Of a stretch of DNA of 64,000 nucleotides, positions 25,250 through 37,599 are shown piece after piece. The stretch is from Octopus vulgaris (lineage: Eukaryota). How positions within the stretch are numbered: position 1 is the stretch's first letter; the number at the start of each line of letters is the position of its first letter. The position numbers and the translations under genes were made by a program. The stretch is taken from assembly GCA_951406725.2 (NCBI GenBank), contig OX597822.1, forward strand, positions 43,276,001 through 43,340,000, given 5' to 3'. The notes under the pieces were generated by a model. The model was not told where the DNA came from, searched no databases, and saw only the letters and a program-made list of their open reading frames with translations.

Positions 25250-26910
25250 GATGTTATGGAAAAAGTGTTGCGTTCAAGTGTATTAATTGCGTTCTGCGGT
25301 ATTGTAGAGGTGTCAGAACTGTAAAGAAATAGGTTTTTAGAAAGGGATTATGGTTGCATTTTAGGTTGTAGGTTTGGGCTAAGACGAGAGGAGATAGCGT
25401 TGTTAATACGGTGTTGTAATAACGTTATAGGTTACTGTTTATATGCGCATGTCTGGACTGTGTGTGAGAGAAAATGTTGTTTGATAGATGTAATTGCGTT
25501 CTGGGGTGATGCAGTAGAATGCGGACTAAGTGGGGAAGAAAGTGGAAAAGGACGGTAATTTAGTAATATTTATGGGTCTTGCAAATATGTCTAGATGGTT
25601 AGTATAGTTAGTATAGTATAGTTTTGTAGTAGTAGTTTGTGGAATTTTGCTGTGGTGTCTGGACTACACAGACGAGATAATGCTATTAGGATGGTATTGT
25701 AGTAATGTTGTGGGATGTTGTAGATACGAGGTTTAATCAATAAGTATCCGGAATGTTACCATAGTAACAAAACTAAAGCGCGCAGAGTAAAGCCGCTAAG
25801 CATAAAATGACCTTGAACTCTGCTGTGCATGCGCACTAAGTTTTAACGTTCTAGCTCACTTCCACTGTTTACAGCAGTGCTTAGAAGAAGGTGTGTAGCG
25901 TGTGATTGTCACATTGACCATGACAGAGAAAGTTGTCATGGTGACATCTGCTCAGAGGTGTACGCAAATTGGCAGAACGTGTATAGAGAGGAGTGTATGA
26001 ACCGCACACAAGTGTACGAGCGATTCAGACGTTTCCAAGATGGCCGAAAAAGTGTCGATATCGACGAACGCTCTGGGAGACCTGCAACCAGCAGAACTGA
26101 GAAAACACACTGCAGATGTGCGTGTAGCTGTGAAGGGAAATCGTCGACTCAACATCCGTGAGTTATCAGAGGATGTACAGATTAGTTACGGTTCAGTTCA
26201 GTCAATTATCACTGAAGATTTGGATATGAAACTCTTCTCTGCCAAATTTGTGCCAATATTGCTTTCAGCTGCCTAGGAAGACACTCGGGTTTCAGTTGTA
26301 CAAGATCTTGATTGTGTCAAGAACGATGAAAGCTGTTTGAAAACATTGCGTAGTCCTCTGAGCAGGTATCGCCAAGCTTTTACCAAAATTTGATGCAGAT
26401 TCTCTGCTCACCTTTCTCTGTCATGTTCAAAGCGACGATCACACGCTACACACCTTCCTTCCAAGCATTGCTGTAAACAGCAGAATTGAGGTAGAATGTT
26501 AAATCTTTGTGCGCATGCAGACCAAATTTGAAGATCAATCTGCACCAAGCGGCTTTACTCTGTGTGCTTTAGTTTCGTTACTATAGCAACTGTCCGGATA
26601 CTTATTGATCAGAATACGTATGTCTGGGCCACGTGGAAGAGTGTTGTTAGGATGGAGTTAGGCCTGTGAGGTTTTGTAGATGTATTTGAACAACGTGGAT
26701 AGCATTAAAGTAGTATTGTGAGGTGTTGTAGATGTATCTGGACTGCGTCGAATATATAGTGTTGTTATGGTATTGTCGCAGTGTTATGAAGCGTTGTAGA
26801 TGCGTCTGGACTATGTGGAAAAGACAGTTTTGTTAGGATGGTGATGGAGAAGTTTTGTGAGTTGTGATAGTTGTCTGAACTGCGTAGAAGAGACAGCGTT
26901 GTTAGGATAG
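25250..26910. repeat. Degenerate ~60-65-bp minisatellite (GTTGTAGATGTATCTGGACTGCGT...GTTGTTAGGATGG) split by a mariner insertion
   Basis: Recurrent motif on both sides of 25727-26618. Confidence 0.6.
25727..26618 (+). mobile_element. Non-autonomous mariner derivative with long inverted arms, copy 1
   Basis: TA|CGAGGTTTAATCAATAAGTATCCGG ... CCGGATACTTATTGATCAGAATACG|TA; internal HTH fragments MNRTQVYERFRRFQDGRKSVDIDERSGRP and RRLNIRELSEDVQISYGSVQSIITEDL...AKFVP. Confidence 0.9.
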
Positions 26911-27019
26911 TGACCGACACCACTGCTTGGATTATAGGAGGGACGGCGTTTGCTTCTATTTCTTAATGTAATTAGTATCCGTGATTGGTAGCTGGACTAG
27001 CTTATGTGGAAGGGATTGT

Positions 27020-27050
27020 GTGCTGCTGCTGCTACTACTACTACTACTAC

Positions 27051-27092
<42 letters not shown>

Positions 27093-27702
27093 CACAAATA
27101 CCTTTATTACTACTACTGCTGCTGCAGCTGCTACTACTACTATTGCTGCTACTATTACTACTGCTACTACTACTACTACCACAAATATCTTTACTACTAC
27201 TACTACTACTGCTGTTGCAGCTGCTACTACTACTACTACTACTACTATTACTACTGCTACTACTACTACTACCACAAATATCTTTACTACTACTACTACT
27301 GCTGTTGCAGCTGCTACTACTACTATTGCTGCTACTATTACTACTGCTACTACTACTACTACCACAAATATCTTTACTACTACTACTACTACTGCTGTTG
27401 CAGCTGCTACTACTACTGCTACTACTACTACTACTATTACTACTGCTACTACTACTACTACCACAAATATCTTTACTACTACTACTACTGCTGTTGCAGC
27501 TGCTACTACTACTATTGCTGCTACTATTACTACTGCTACTACTACTACTACTACCACCACCACCACTACCATTACTACTACTGCTACTACTACTATTGGT
27601 ACTGCTGCTGCTACTACTACTATTACTATTACTGTTACTACTACCCTCCTCCTCCTAGTACTACTGCTGCTGCTGTCACTACTACTACTACTACTACTAC
27701 CG

Positions 27703-27756
<54 letters not shown>

Positions 27757-27770
27757 GTAGTATTACTACT
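27020..27770. repeat. (CTA)n-based compound minisatellite, ~90-bp period (ACCACAAATATCTTTACTACT...GCTGTTGCAGCTG)
   Basis: Five visible higher-order units followed by pure (CTA)n. Confidence 0.85.
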
Positions 27771-27819
27771 AGTAATATTGTTTTTTATCTCTTACGTCTA
27801 TGATGGAGACTCTGAGGTC

Positions 27820-29240
27820 TACTCAACGAGTAGACTTAAGATCAAAAGGGTTTCAATTATGACCATCCCATCTTTTTCCGATATAATCCGATTCTATATT
27901 ACCTCATCTGTTCATAAGCATTATCTTTTTAAAGACGATTTTGTCTTCTATTTCTAGCAGATAGCAAGACCACTTAGAAGTTCTGATCTTAGAATAGTTC
28001 AGTAGTTGCAGTTATTGATGTTTAACCGCAGGTCAGAATACTTATGACCCGACAGAGCTAGGATCAAAGACGTTCCAAGCATGACCATAGACATAGTGTA
28101 TCTAGGACTACACTATCTAATGATCCTATCGTTGTTGTCGTTGTTTAGCCATAGGTCAACGCTGATCCAGCAATGTTTTCATCAAAGGAGTTCCAGCCAT
28201 GGCCATAATGGTTATTATTCAGTCAAGGTATATCTTGGAGTATACCATCTAACGTGTCAAGTAGTGTTGGTCGTTTTTTAGCACAGGAAGCCCTGGCCCT
28301 GCAGAACTATGATCATATTGTTTATTACTTAGTCATAGCGTATCTTGGACTACACTGTCTTATGTGTCAATCCTCATTGATTTTTGAACTTTAGTTCGCC
28401 GTAATCCAGAAGATCTATGATCAAAGACATTCCAACCATGACCACCCTCTCCTTATTCCGAAGAGCAGTGAACCAGGACTACATTAACCAATATCTTCTT
28501 AATTAAAACGGCAGGGGATAATTTGAGGGAGTTCTGGCTACTATTTCGAGGAATAACATCGAATCTGTAGTATTGCAGTCCTTAGTTAACACAAAATAAG
28601 CAGACTTACGGTCAAAGGCATTCCAGCCTTGACCATCCTGTCTTTTATATCAGACATCTCGCGTCCTTCCTCATTTTAAGAAGGTTAGGAATTATCTGAA
28701 GGAAATTTGGCTGCTATTTCTAGCAGGTTTAGATCTGGAAGCCACGTAGAGGCTCGCATATTTCTGGTGTGTTGTTGATATTTTTGTTGTTGCCATTGTT
28801 GTGACTGTTAGTGACGTCACAGCTGTCTGGCTGCTGCTGATGATTTTGGGCTTTATTTTGTTGTCGAAGCAATGTTTTTACTGTAGTTGCTCCAGATGTT
28901 GTTGTCGTGGTTGTTGTTGCCGTTAATATTGTTTTGTATGTTGTTGTTTTTGTTGTTTCTGCTGTCTGTACAGTCAAACCTGTTGCTATGGCGAAAATTG
29001 ATATTTCTCTCGTTGTTGCGTTTTAGAATTTATTCTCCGTATCAACCTTGAAGTTGTTACAGTGGTTCTTTAGCCCCGAGCAAGACCCTAACCATGATCA
29101 CAAGACTTTCCAGTTACGACCAGCCAGCCTTTTCCGTAGCATTTATCCTTTCCTCATAGCAGACGGTGTGAATTATGTGATTTGAGGGAGATTTGGCTGC
29201 TATTTCTAACACGACGGGCAACCACATAAGGGCTCTCTCT
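27820..29240 (+). repeat. Old interspersed repeat with internal ~120-bp degenerate units (GATCAAAGGCATTCCAGCCATGACCA...TATCTAGGACTACA)
   Basis: Motif recurs several times; related sequence near 53780-53970. Confidence 0.5.
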
Positions 29241-30175
29241 TTGGTTCACATTAGTCTTGTTGTGGTGGTTGAACTTGTTGCTGTTAGAAGGTCCACGTTT
29301 TTGTCCTTGTTGCTGTTATTGTTGACAATACTGTTCAACTTAACGATAATTCGTTGATGGCGTTGTTGTTGGATGCTGAGGTTGTTGTTGTTGTTGTTGT
29401 TGTTGCAATTGTTGTTGTTGTCGTTGATGTTGTTAGCACTATTGATTTCATGTATTTATTATAATGTGAATTGGATAGCAAGAAAAAAAAAAACAAATAT
29501 GCATAAAAAATATATACTAATAAAATTACAGGGAAATGAAACTAAGCAAAAAATGTTATGCACACACACACATATCCACACACATATACACACACACACA
29601 TACACACACACATATGATAGCAAACACATATGAACACTAGCGCACATATGCACATATATGTGTACACACATTCATACATATATATATATATTAAAAAAAA
29701 CATATAAAAAATTATAAATATAATATAATAAATAAATGATTTGCAAGTTGTAAAGATCCATTTTTCTATATTTTTCTCTGATGAACCAAAGTGATGGGGG
29801 TGAGTTGTAGAGGCAAACATGGAAAACAAAAATACTTCCTGCTTCTTTTCTAATCTACAATGAACGGCCTCTGGCACATTGCCGCCATCTTGGCGGCCTT
29901 TGTATTTCTTCGTTGTCGTCCATTTTGTTTTTACGGCGTTCTCTTTGTGTTGATTAGATAGTCTTTCTTGTTCTCTCTCTCTTCTCTGACTCTCTCTCTT
30001 TCTTCGTCCTCTTTCTCTCTCTCCCTTTCACTGTCTCTTTCACCTTGTATTTCTCTCTTCCTCTCTTAATTTCTTCTTTTCACACTTTTTCCTGTATCAC
30101 TTCGTTTATCTCTATCACAATCTCTCTATTAATAAATCTTTCTCTCTTGCTATCAATATTATTATGTTCACTGTA

Positions 30176-30915
30176 AAGGCAGCGAGCTGGCAGAATCGTT
30201 AGTACACTGACAAGCTGCTTAGCACCCCGTCATTACGTTCTAAGTTCAAATTCCGCCAAGGTCGACTTAGCTTTTCTCACATTCGGGGTTGATAAAATAA
30301 GTGACAATTGAGCACTGGGGGTCGACAGGATCAACTTACGCCCTTCCCCGAAATTGCTGCTTTAGGGCCAAAATTTATTGACGGAGGAGGCGACGAGCTG
30401 GCTGAATCGCTAGCGCACCAGACAAATTGCTTTCCGGCATATCGTCCGTCATTATGTTCTGAGTTCAAATTGTGTCGGAGTCGTCTTTACATTTCATCCT
30501 TTTGAAGCTGGTAAAATATGTACCAATTGGACACTGGAGTAGACGTATTCAGCTCATCCCACACCCCGGAAATTGCTGGCCTTGTGCCAAACTTTGAAAC
30601 CAATGTTGCGTAAAAAGTATCTAAACAGACCCTTCTTCATAAGCTAAATTTCTCTCCCTGCCACCTTCTATCTCTCTCTATTGAATTCAATATTTCTATC
30701 ACTTTAAGGCGGCGAGCTGGCGGAAACGTTAACATGCTGGGTTAGATGCTTAGCAGTATTTCGTCTGTCTTTACGTTCTGAGTTCAAATTCCGCCAAGGT
30801 CGACTTTGCCTTTCATCCTTTCGGAGTCGATACATTAAGTATCATTTGCGTACTGGGGTCGATGTAGTCGACTGGACCTTTCTCGAAAAATTTCGAGCTT
30901 TGTGCCCGGCGGAGA
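30176..30915 (+). mobile_element. Cluster of three SINE family C copies
   Basis: Heads at ~30176, ~30385 and ~30706. Confidence 0.8.
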
Positions 30916-31147
30916 AAATAATATTTCTGTCATACTGTCCCTTTGTCTTATATCTCTTAGCATTTCTTTCCATGTCTCTTCCATTCTCTTTTACTATCTT
31001 GATTAATCGCTGTTTCTATCATCCTTTCTAACTTGCTTTTGCTATATGTCACTATCTCTATTATGGATTTCCATTTCTTTTCACTTCAAAATAATTTTTC
31101 ACTCCCTCTTTGTTAGACCTTCAGCGACCCACTACTTTTCTTTCATT

Positions 31148-31218
<71 letters not shown>

Positions 31219-31243
31219 CCTATCTACCTACCTATCTACCTAC

Positions 31244-31274
<31 letters not shown>

Positions 31275-31319
31275 GAGTTGCTTATTTAAAAAAAAAAAAA
31301 AAAAAAAGAAATATAAAAT

Positions 31320-31566
31320 GTGACTTCATTGACGAGGTTACGTGGTCTTTTCCGTAGGCTTTTCTTCACGGGTAAACCTCACCTGTCCTCCCCTTTACAC
31401 TTCATATTGACATTTCTGTGATAACGATCCCTATTGATCTTTTTTTTTTTTTTTTTCCTCTCCCCTTTTTAACCCCTTTTTTGTCCTCCTTCTCTCCTTT
31501 ACGATCCCTTTTGATCGAAACTCCCCTATCTATCTAATTTGTTCTATCTGTGTGCAGCCCTGTGTG
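31320..31566 (+). mobile_element. Interspersed repeat, probably a LINE 3' UTR, embedded in (TCTA)n
   Basis: Homologous to 47790-48108 (CATTGACGAGGTTACGTGGTCTTTTCCGTAGG...TGTGTGCAGCCCTGTGTG). Confidence 0.6.
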
Positions 31567-31607
<41 letters not shown>

Positions 31608-31608
31608 C

Positions 31609-31675
<67 letters not shown>

Positions 31676-32117
31676 GATATCGTTCCTTCCCTACATCTCT
31701 CCGTCTCATTTCCTTCATCCTCTGTACTCATTCCTTTCGACTCTTACGTATATACCATTCTTAACTTCAGACCTTCCATACGTTAAGCCGTCAGTTCTCG
31801 CAAGTTCCCTAATCCCTTCTGTTTCTCGCGAATTCATTCAATACTCTCTATTCAAATCCCTATTTATCTCTTTAACCCTCTCCCTCAACGGCATTTCCTC
31901 TCTTGTTTTGACAGACACACACTCTCTCCCTCTCCTGTTCTGCCTCATTCTCTCTCGCTGTCTCTGTTACACACACTTTCTCCTCTAACACACACTCACA
32001 GAAGCATGCATACTAATATGTGCATATATATGCGCGCATAATTTTTAAAATGTAGATTTTCACATATATATATATATTTATATGACATGAGGATAATTTC
32101 ATCAGAGAAAAAGAAAA

Positions 32118-32227
32118 GATGTACCTTGAGATGTTATATGCGGACCTATGAATTCAATTCAGCAGACTAAATATTTAGTCTGCTGAAATGAATTGATAGC
32201 TCTGCATATAACATCCCAAGGTACATC
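32118..32227. repeat. 110-bp near-perfect palindrome
   Basis: GATGTACCTTGAGATGTTATATGC...TTCAGCAGACTAAAT|ATTTAGTCTGCTGAA...GCATATAACATCCCAAGGTACATC. Confidence 0.9.
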
Positions 32228-32346
32228 ATAAATGTAAATTTAATGTACAAATTTGTAATTTGTTGATCTTACCCTACCGGAACAGAGGAACAGTATACGA
32301 TATATATATATATAAAAATTATATATATAATAAATAATATATGCGC

Positions 32347-32591
32347 CCTTTTAAAGCCTAACCAGCTAGCTTCATGGGCCAGGTTTCCCGGTTTCTATGG
32401 CGTATGCGCTCTCCAGCTGCATGGGACGCTAGTCCATCGCAGCGTTACTCATTTTTGCTAGCTGAGTGGACTGGAGCAACGTGAAACGAAGTATTTTGCT
32501 CAAGAACACAAAGCGTCGTCCGGTCCAGGAATTGAAACCACAATCTTACGATCATGATGCTTACACCTTAACCACTAAGCCACGCGCCTCC
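32347..32591 (-). mobile_element. tRNA-derived SINE family D
   Basis: Minus strand GGAGGCGCGTGGCTTAGTGGTTA...GGTTTCAATTCC...GTGTTCTTGAGCAAAATACTT. Confidence 0.8.
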
Positions 32592-33063
32592 ACACACACA
32601 CACACAAACATATATATGTGTGTGTGTGTATGTATGTATGTATGTATGTAGGTATGAATGTATGTATGTATGTATGTATGTATGTATTTATGTATGTATG
32701 TATGTATGTATGTATGTATGTATGTATGTGTGTGCATGATGTGTGTATCTATATATACATACATATGCTTACATGCGTATATACATACATGTATGTATCT
32801 ATCTATGAAGCGTGACGCGTAAGCAATGTCGCACTCAGTACAGGATCTCAAGTTCCACTCGTTTATCCAGTGTGGTCCGACACGAGGCATCAAACCGCGG
32901 GATAAGCTAGTGTGCGAGCAATGTGCTGCGTAATAGTATCAATAAGATACATCAAATACATATACTATTCCACGCTTTATAAAACATGCATGATTACACA
33001 ATTGGTTTTGAAATATATAATCTTGTGAAATACCTCTTCAGTGTTCAGCAAGCACTTTTTGCT

Positions 33064-33154
33064 GAACACTGAAGAGGTATTTTACAAGATTATGTTACAT
33101 TTCAATAGCAATTATGTAATCATGATTGTAGGTTTTCGAAACATGAATATGTTC
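33064..33154 (+). ncRNA. Long-stem-II hammerhead motif forming the right arm of palindrome 32989-33124
   Basis: GAACA-CTGAAGA-(~60-nt hairpin)-GAAA-CATGAA-TA-TGTTC; stem I GAACA/TGTTC is perfect, stem III has a mismatch. Confidence 0.5.
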
Positions 33155-33226
33155 TACAAAGCATTGAATACTAAATGCCATACTTGTTTTCTCTACTTTT
33201 TGACATTATATATATTTATGTGTGTA

Positions 33227-33320
<94 letters not shown>

Positions 33321-33945
33321 AGTGTGTGTGTGTGTGTGTTTACATACACGCACACATTTTCTCTTCTACAGTCGTTCTTAAATTCATTTTCACATTTAAT
33401 TTTACATAACTTATCATAAACTATACCAATGGGATACAACTATGAAGCAATGCTGTGACGTTCATACATTATATTTGGTTATTAACACAGTCTCAAAATT
33501 GCATAACTAGCCATAGATCAGAAATTGATTTTGCTGCTCTAAAAAGCAATGTTGTAATCCCAACAGAGAATATAAACTCCTATCTATCGATTGCTCGTGA
33601 ACTTAGTTGAGTTTCAACAGCGCCATGCAGATTAATATTTGCGCATACTTTCAGTCGTAATATTTAAGTATTGATAATTAATATTTTATATATATCAATA
33701 ACTAAGGGACAAACTGGGGATATTGGAAAATTGAGGAGTGGCTGGTTATAATAAACCCAGGCGTCTTCAGTATGAATAAAGTGGGTTGTCGTGAGGGTGC
33801 TAAACTAATGGCTAGTACACTTTGACAAAAGCTATCCACCCAAAACGTCACATTTTCATTCTCATAACAATCAGGCACATTGCGACCTAGCAAACTGCCG
33901 TGAGATTTTCTGTCAATAGTTTATGGCAATATCAACATATTGAGT

Positions 33946-34487
33946 AAGGGGGTAAGCTGGTAGAACCGTTAGTACGCCGGACAAAATGCTTCACGGCATT
34001 TCATCCGATTTTACGTTCTGAGTTCAGATTTCGCCGAGGTCGATTTTGTCTTGTAAGATTTCGGTATCGATGGAATAACTACAAGTGAAACACAGAAGTC
34101 AATACAGCTGACTTACCTCCTACCCCGAAATTGCTGGCCTTGTGCCAAAATTTGAAATTAATATTAACATATATTTACTGGCGCATGAAGGCGCATTAGT
34201 TCAGTGGTTAGAGCGTCGGGTTCGCAATCATGAAATAGTCAGTTCGATTACCGGACCGAGCTCTGTATTATGTTCTTGAGCAAGACACTTTATTTCATGT
34301 TGCTTCATTTCACTCAGCTGTAGAAATGAGTTGCGACGTCACTGGTGTCGTCGAGAGTGGAGGCTGGTATGCATGGATGGCTGCTGATCTTCCATAAACA
34401 ACTTTGTCTGGATTTGTGCCTCGGCGGGTTACTTTCTAGGTGCAATCCCGTGGTCATTCATGACCAAAGGGTGTTTTACTCTTTATT
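33946..34487 (+). mobile_element. SINE family C copy (33946-34160) followed by a family D-related SINE (34187-34487)
   Basis: Consensus matches; A/B-box-like motifs TAGTTCAGTGG and GTTCGATTAC. Confidence 0.7.
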
Positions 34488-35290
34488 TACCGTCGCATAA
34501 GAAGTTTTTTTCTATTTTTATATGTATCACAATTCAGGCCTGTGTCTAATGCAACCATATTATGACTGAGAGCCGAGCGTTACGGACTACGAAGCCGGAT
34601 GAGTATAAACCCACTCTGTGCAATAATAGTTACTAATAATGAAATATTAAGAAACAAGCAAAATTCCCACAGTTTCTTAAGATGAAATTACGAAATATTG
34701 CATACGATACGTCAGTCGATATGTGAGGCGCGCAAGGTAGTCACATCATCTCATCATGTTGCAACTTACGTAACTAACACCAGACGTGTGTCTTACATTA
34801 TTTAATGACTTCCTTACCTTTAAGAAACATTTATATGAATTTTTTCTTGAAAGATCAGGAGAGCGATTAAATTTTCCTCTGCCTATCAGCAATTTGCAAC
34901 GAGTGTACAAGAACAAAATGATAGCGTTAACGACAAAAATAATGGTCAGTAGTGGTTATGTAAAGTGTCACAGCCAGAAATAGGAACTGCCATCTTGTGA
35001 ATGTGATTCTCTTGCACAAAATATAAGCAACCATACACTTGAACTGAAAGAAGATAATTGTGAATTAGGGTATACCTGTAACGTTGTTTATTTATGATAA
35101 ATGCATGACGCCATACTTAATTAAAATAACTGTCAAAAGCGTACGATGACACATACTGAATTTGCACCTCTACCATAAAATACACTTACAAAAAAAAAGG
35201 GGGTGCATCTTATACGAGAGTGCAACTTATAAGCCGCAAATGTGATATTTAAAGCAGAGAGAATAAAAAGTCTGAGTGAAACTTTAAAAT

Positions 35291-35672
35291 AACAAGAGCA
35301 CTCAGAGAGCGCAAACCTCCGCCAAAGCAACACCAACGTCCTCTCACCGATTAGCCAGAGAAGATTTTTAAAATGAGAATACCTGAAATAAACTCGATTA
35401 CTCTCATAAACGAGAATACTAAAAATGAACCCAACCGCTCTCAAAACTTAAGTAACAAAAACAGGAAAAATAATCCAGAATCCTTGTTCGGTACCGAATA
35501 GATACCAAAATCTAATCGGTTCGTGCCAATCAAGAGGCCAAATATACCTGAAAGTTTCATCCGAATTCATCCAACGGTTCTTGAGATATCTTGTCCACGG
35601 ACAAACAAACAAATAAACAAACAAACGCAACTGGAAACAACACCTCCACCTTCGTTAAAGCGGAGATAATAA
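35291..35672 (-). mobile_element. Helentron-associated non-autonomous element (HINE/DINE-1-like)
   Basis: Minus strand starts TTATTATCTCCGC-TTTAACGAAGGTGGAGG (sub-TIR hairpin), then (TTTG)n and ATGAAACTTT core; ends GGCGGAGGTTT-GCGCTCTCTGAGTGC-TCTTGTT. Confidence 0.75.
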
Positions 35673-36075
35673 AGTAGATATTTCAGTAAGCAAAGGAAAC
35701 AGCTCGGTATGACTTCCACATATATTATGACATATTCCAGCGAAACAAGATACATCAATCACCATCTTTAATAAAGCGTTCAGTCGGTAAATGAGTTTGT
35801 AAATGAGTTTACGAGCAAAATTATGTAACATACTTCAGACTAAATGGATTGTTTACTTTTACGTCTATCATTCTGTCTTCGATCTCAGATATTTTCGGTC
35901 GTTGTTGTTATTGACGATGATAATGATGACTATGATGTTGCTCTTTCTGTTGTTATTTAGCTTTGATTGAGTTGTCCTGTAAACAAAGATGTTCGACCTT
36001 CAAGAAATCCATTTTTTCCCCACTAGATATATTCTGCTAGGGCGGATATTCATTATTCAATGTACTTGAGTGATA

Positions 36076-36630
36076 AGGCGGCGAGGTGGAGACACGTTAG
36101 CACGCCGGATGAAATGCTTAGCGGTATTTCTTCTGTCTTTACGTTCTGAGTTCAAATTCCGCCGAGGTCGACTTTGCTTTTCATCATTTCGGGGTCGATA
36201 AATAAGTACCAGTTACGCACTAGGGTCGATATAATGGACTTAATTCCTTTGTCTTTCCTTGTTTGTCTTCTCTGTGTTTAGCCCCTTGTGGGTAGTAAAG
36301 AAATAAGTATCTATTCTGTCTTTACGTTCTGAGTTCAAATTCCGCCGAGGTCGACTTTGCCTTTCATCCTTTCGGGGTCGATAAATTAAGTACCAGTTGC
36401 ATAATGGAGTCGGTCTAATCGACTGGCACCCTCCCCACAAATTTCTGGCCTTGTGCCTAGACTAGAAAAGAAGTCATCATCGGTCTTAAACTTATTTAAT
36501 TCCATCGAGGTTGGCTTTTCTTTTGATCCTTTCGGGGTCGGTAAATTAGGTGCCAGTTGCGTACTGGAGTCGATCTAATCGACTGGCCCCTTCCCCCAAA
36601 AGATCGGGTCTTGTGCCCTGATTAGAAAAG
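36076..36630 (+). mobile_element. SINE family C multimer
   Basis: Three partial units; tail TGTGTTTAGCCCCTTGTGGGTAGTAAAGAAATA. Confidence 0.8.
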
Positions 36631-36969
36631 AAAATACTTGACTGATGGAAGGCAAAGTAATCCTCAGTTGGATTTCAACTCAAAACACAAAGGGACGTAA
36701 CTAAATATCACAAAATACTTTTGACCGGCGCTGAACCAATAATAGAAGTAAATGAAAATAGTGACCATGAGAGGGTTTTCAAAAAGATGGGAAACAAACG
36801 AAACACAATGGAGGCCAGAGACGATTTTTTTTCAATATTGTGGGGACGTAGTCGATGTTGGTAAGAACTAAAAGCAATGAACATAAGAGCGACACGTTTT
36901 TCTGTTAATCTTTCTAAAATGAGAGTAACTCTGAACAGGAACCGAATCACGGAGCAACAGATTCACGCG

Positions 36970-37500
36970 CTAACGATGATGATGATGAGGATGATGATGG
37001 TGATGATGATGATAATGATGATGATGGTTGTGGTGATGATGGTGATGACGATAATGATGATGATGTTGTGGTGATGGCGATGATGATTACGACGTCAATG
37101 ATAGTAATGATAATGCTGGTGGTGGTGGTGTTGGTTTTGGTGTTGGTGATGGGGATGGAGGTGACAGTGGTAATGATGATGATGAAGAAGATAATGATGA
37201 TGATGGTAATGATGATGGTAATGATTATGATGATGAAGAAGAAGAAGAAGAAGAAGAAGAAGAAGAAGAAGAAGAAGAAGAAGAAGAAGAAGAAGAAGAA
37301 GAAGAAGAAGAAGAAGAAGAGGAACGATAATAATTAGAGCAACCATGGAAACCGAGTTCGATAGGTGTAGGACGACATCGATGAAAACGTCGACGACAAC
37401 CACCGCTCCGCGACGACGAAGACGACGACGACAACCACCACCACCACCACCACCTCCATCAGCATCCTCATCCTTATCAACAACAACAACAACAATGTCA
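36970..37500. repeat. (GAT/GGT)n, (GAA)n and (CCA/CAA)n trinucleotide block
   Basis: Direct inspection. Confidence 0.9.
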
Positions 37501-37599
37501 ACATGCATTAGAAAGATGCTTATCGCTGCAGCTGCAGGCATTCTGGGACATATGACAAACGATGTGATCGTTCTTTTGCCGAGTTCATATTGTTTCAGT

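Noticed and set aside
27004-27957. 317-aa Thr-rich mucin-like ORF
   Set aside because: Product of a (CTA)n minisatellite; other frames and the opposite strand are equally open; no splice or domain evidence.
27820-28700. Regularly spaced repeats resembling a CRISPR array
   Set aside because: Eukaryotic context, degenerate units, related spacers, no cas genes.
34483-35245. Possible pogo/Tc2-like element ends (GGGTGCATCTTATACG)
   Set aside because: TIR pair not convincingly matched; no transposase recognised.
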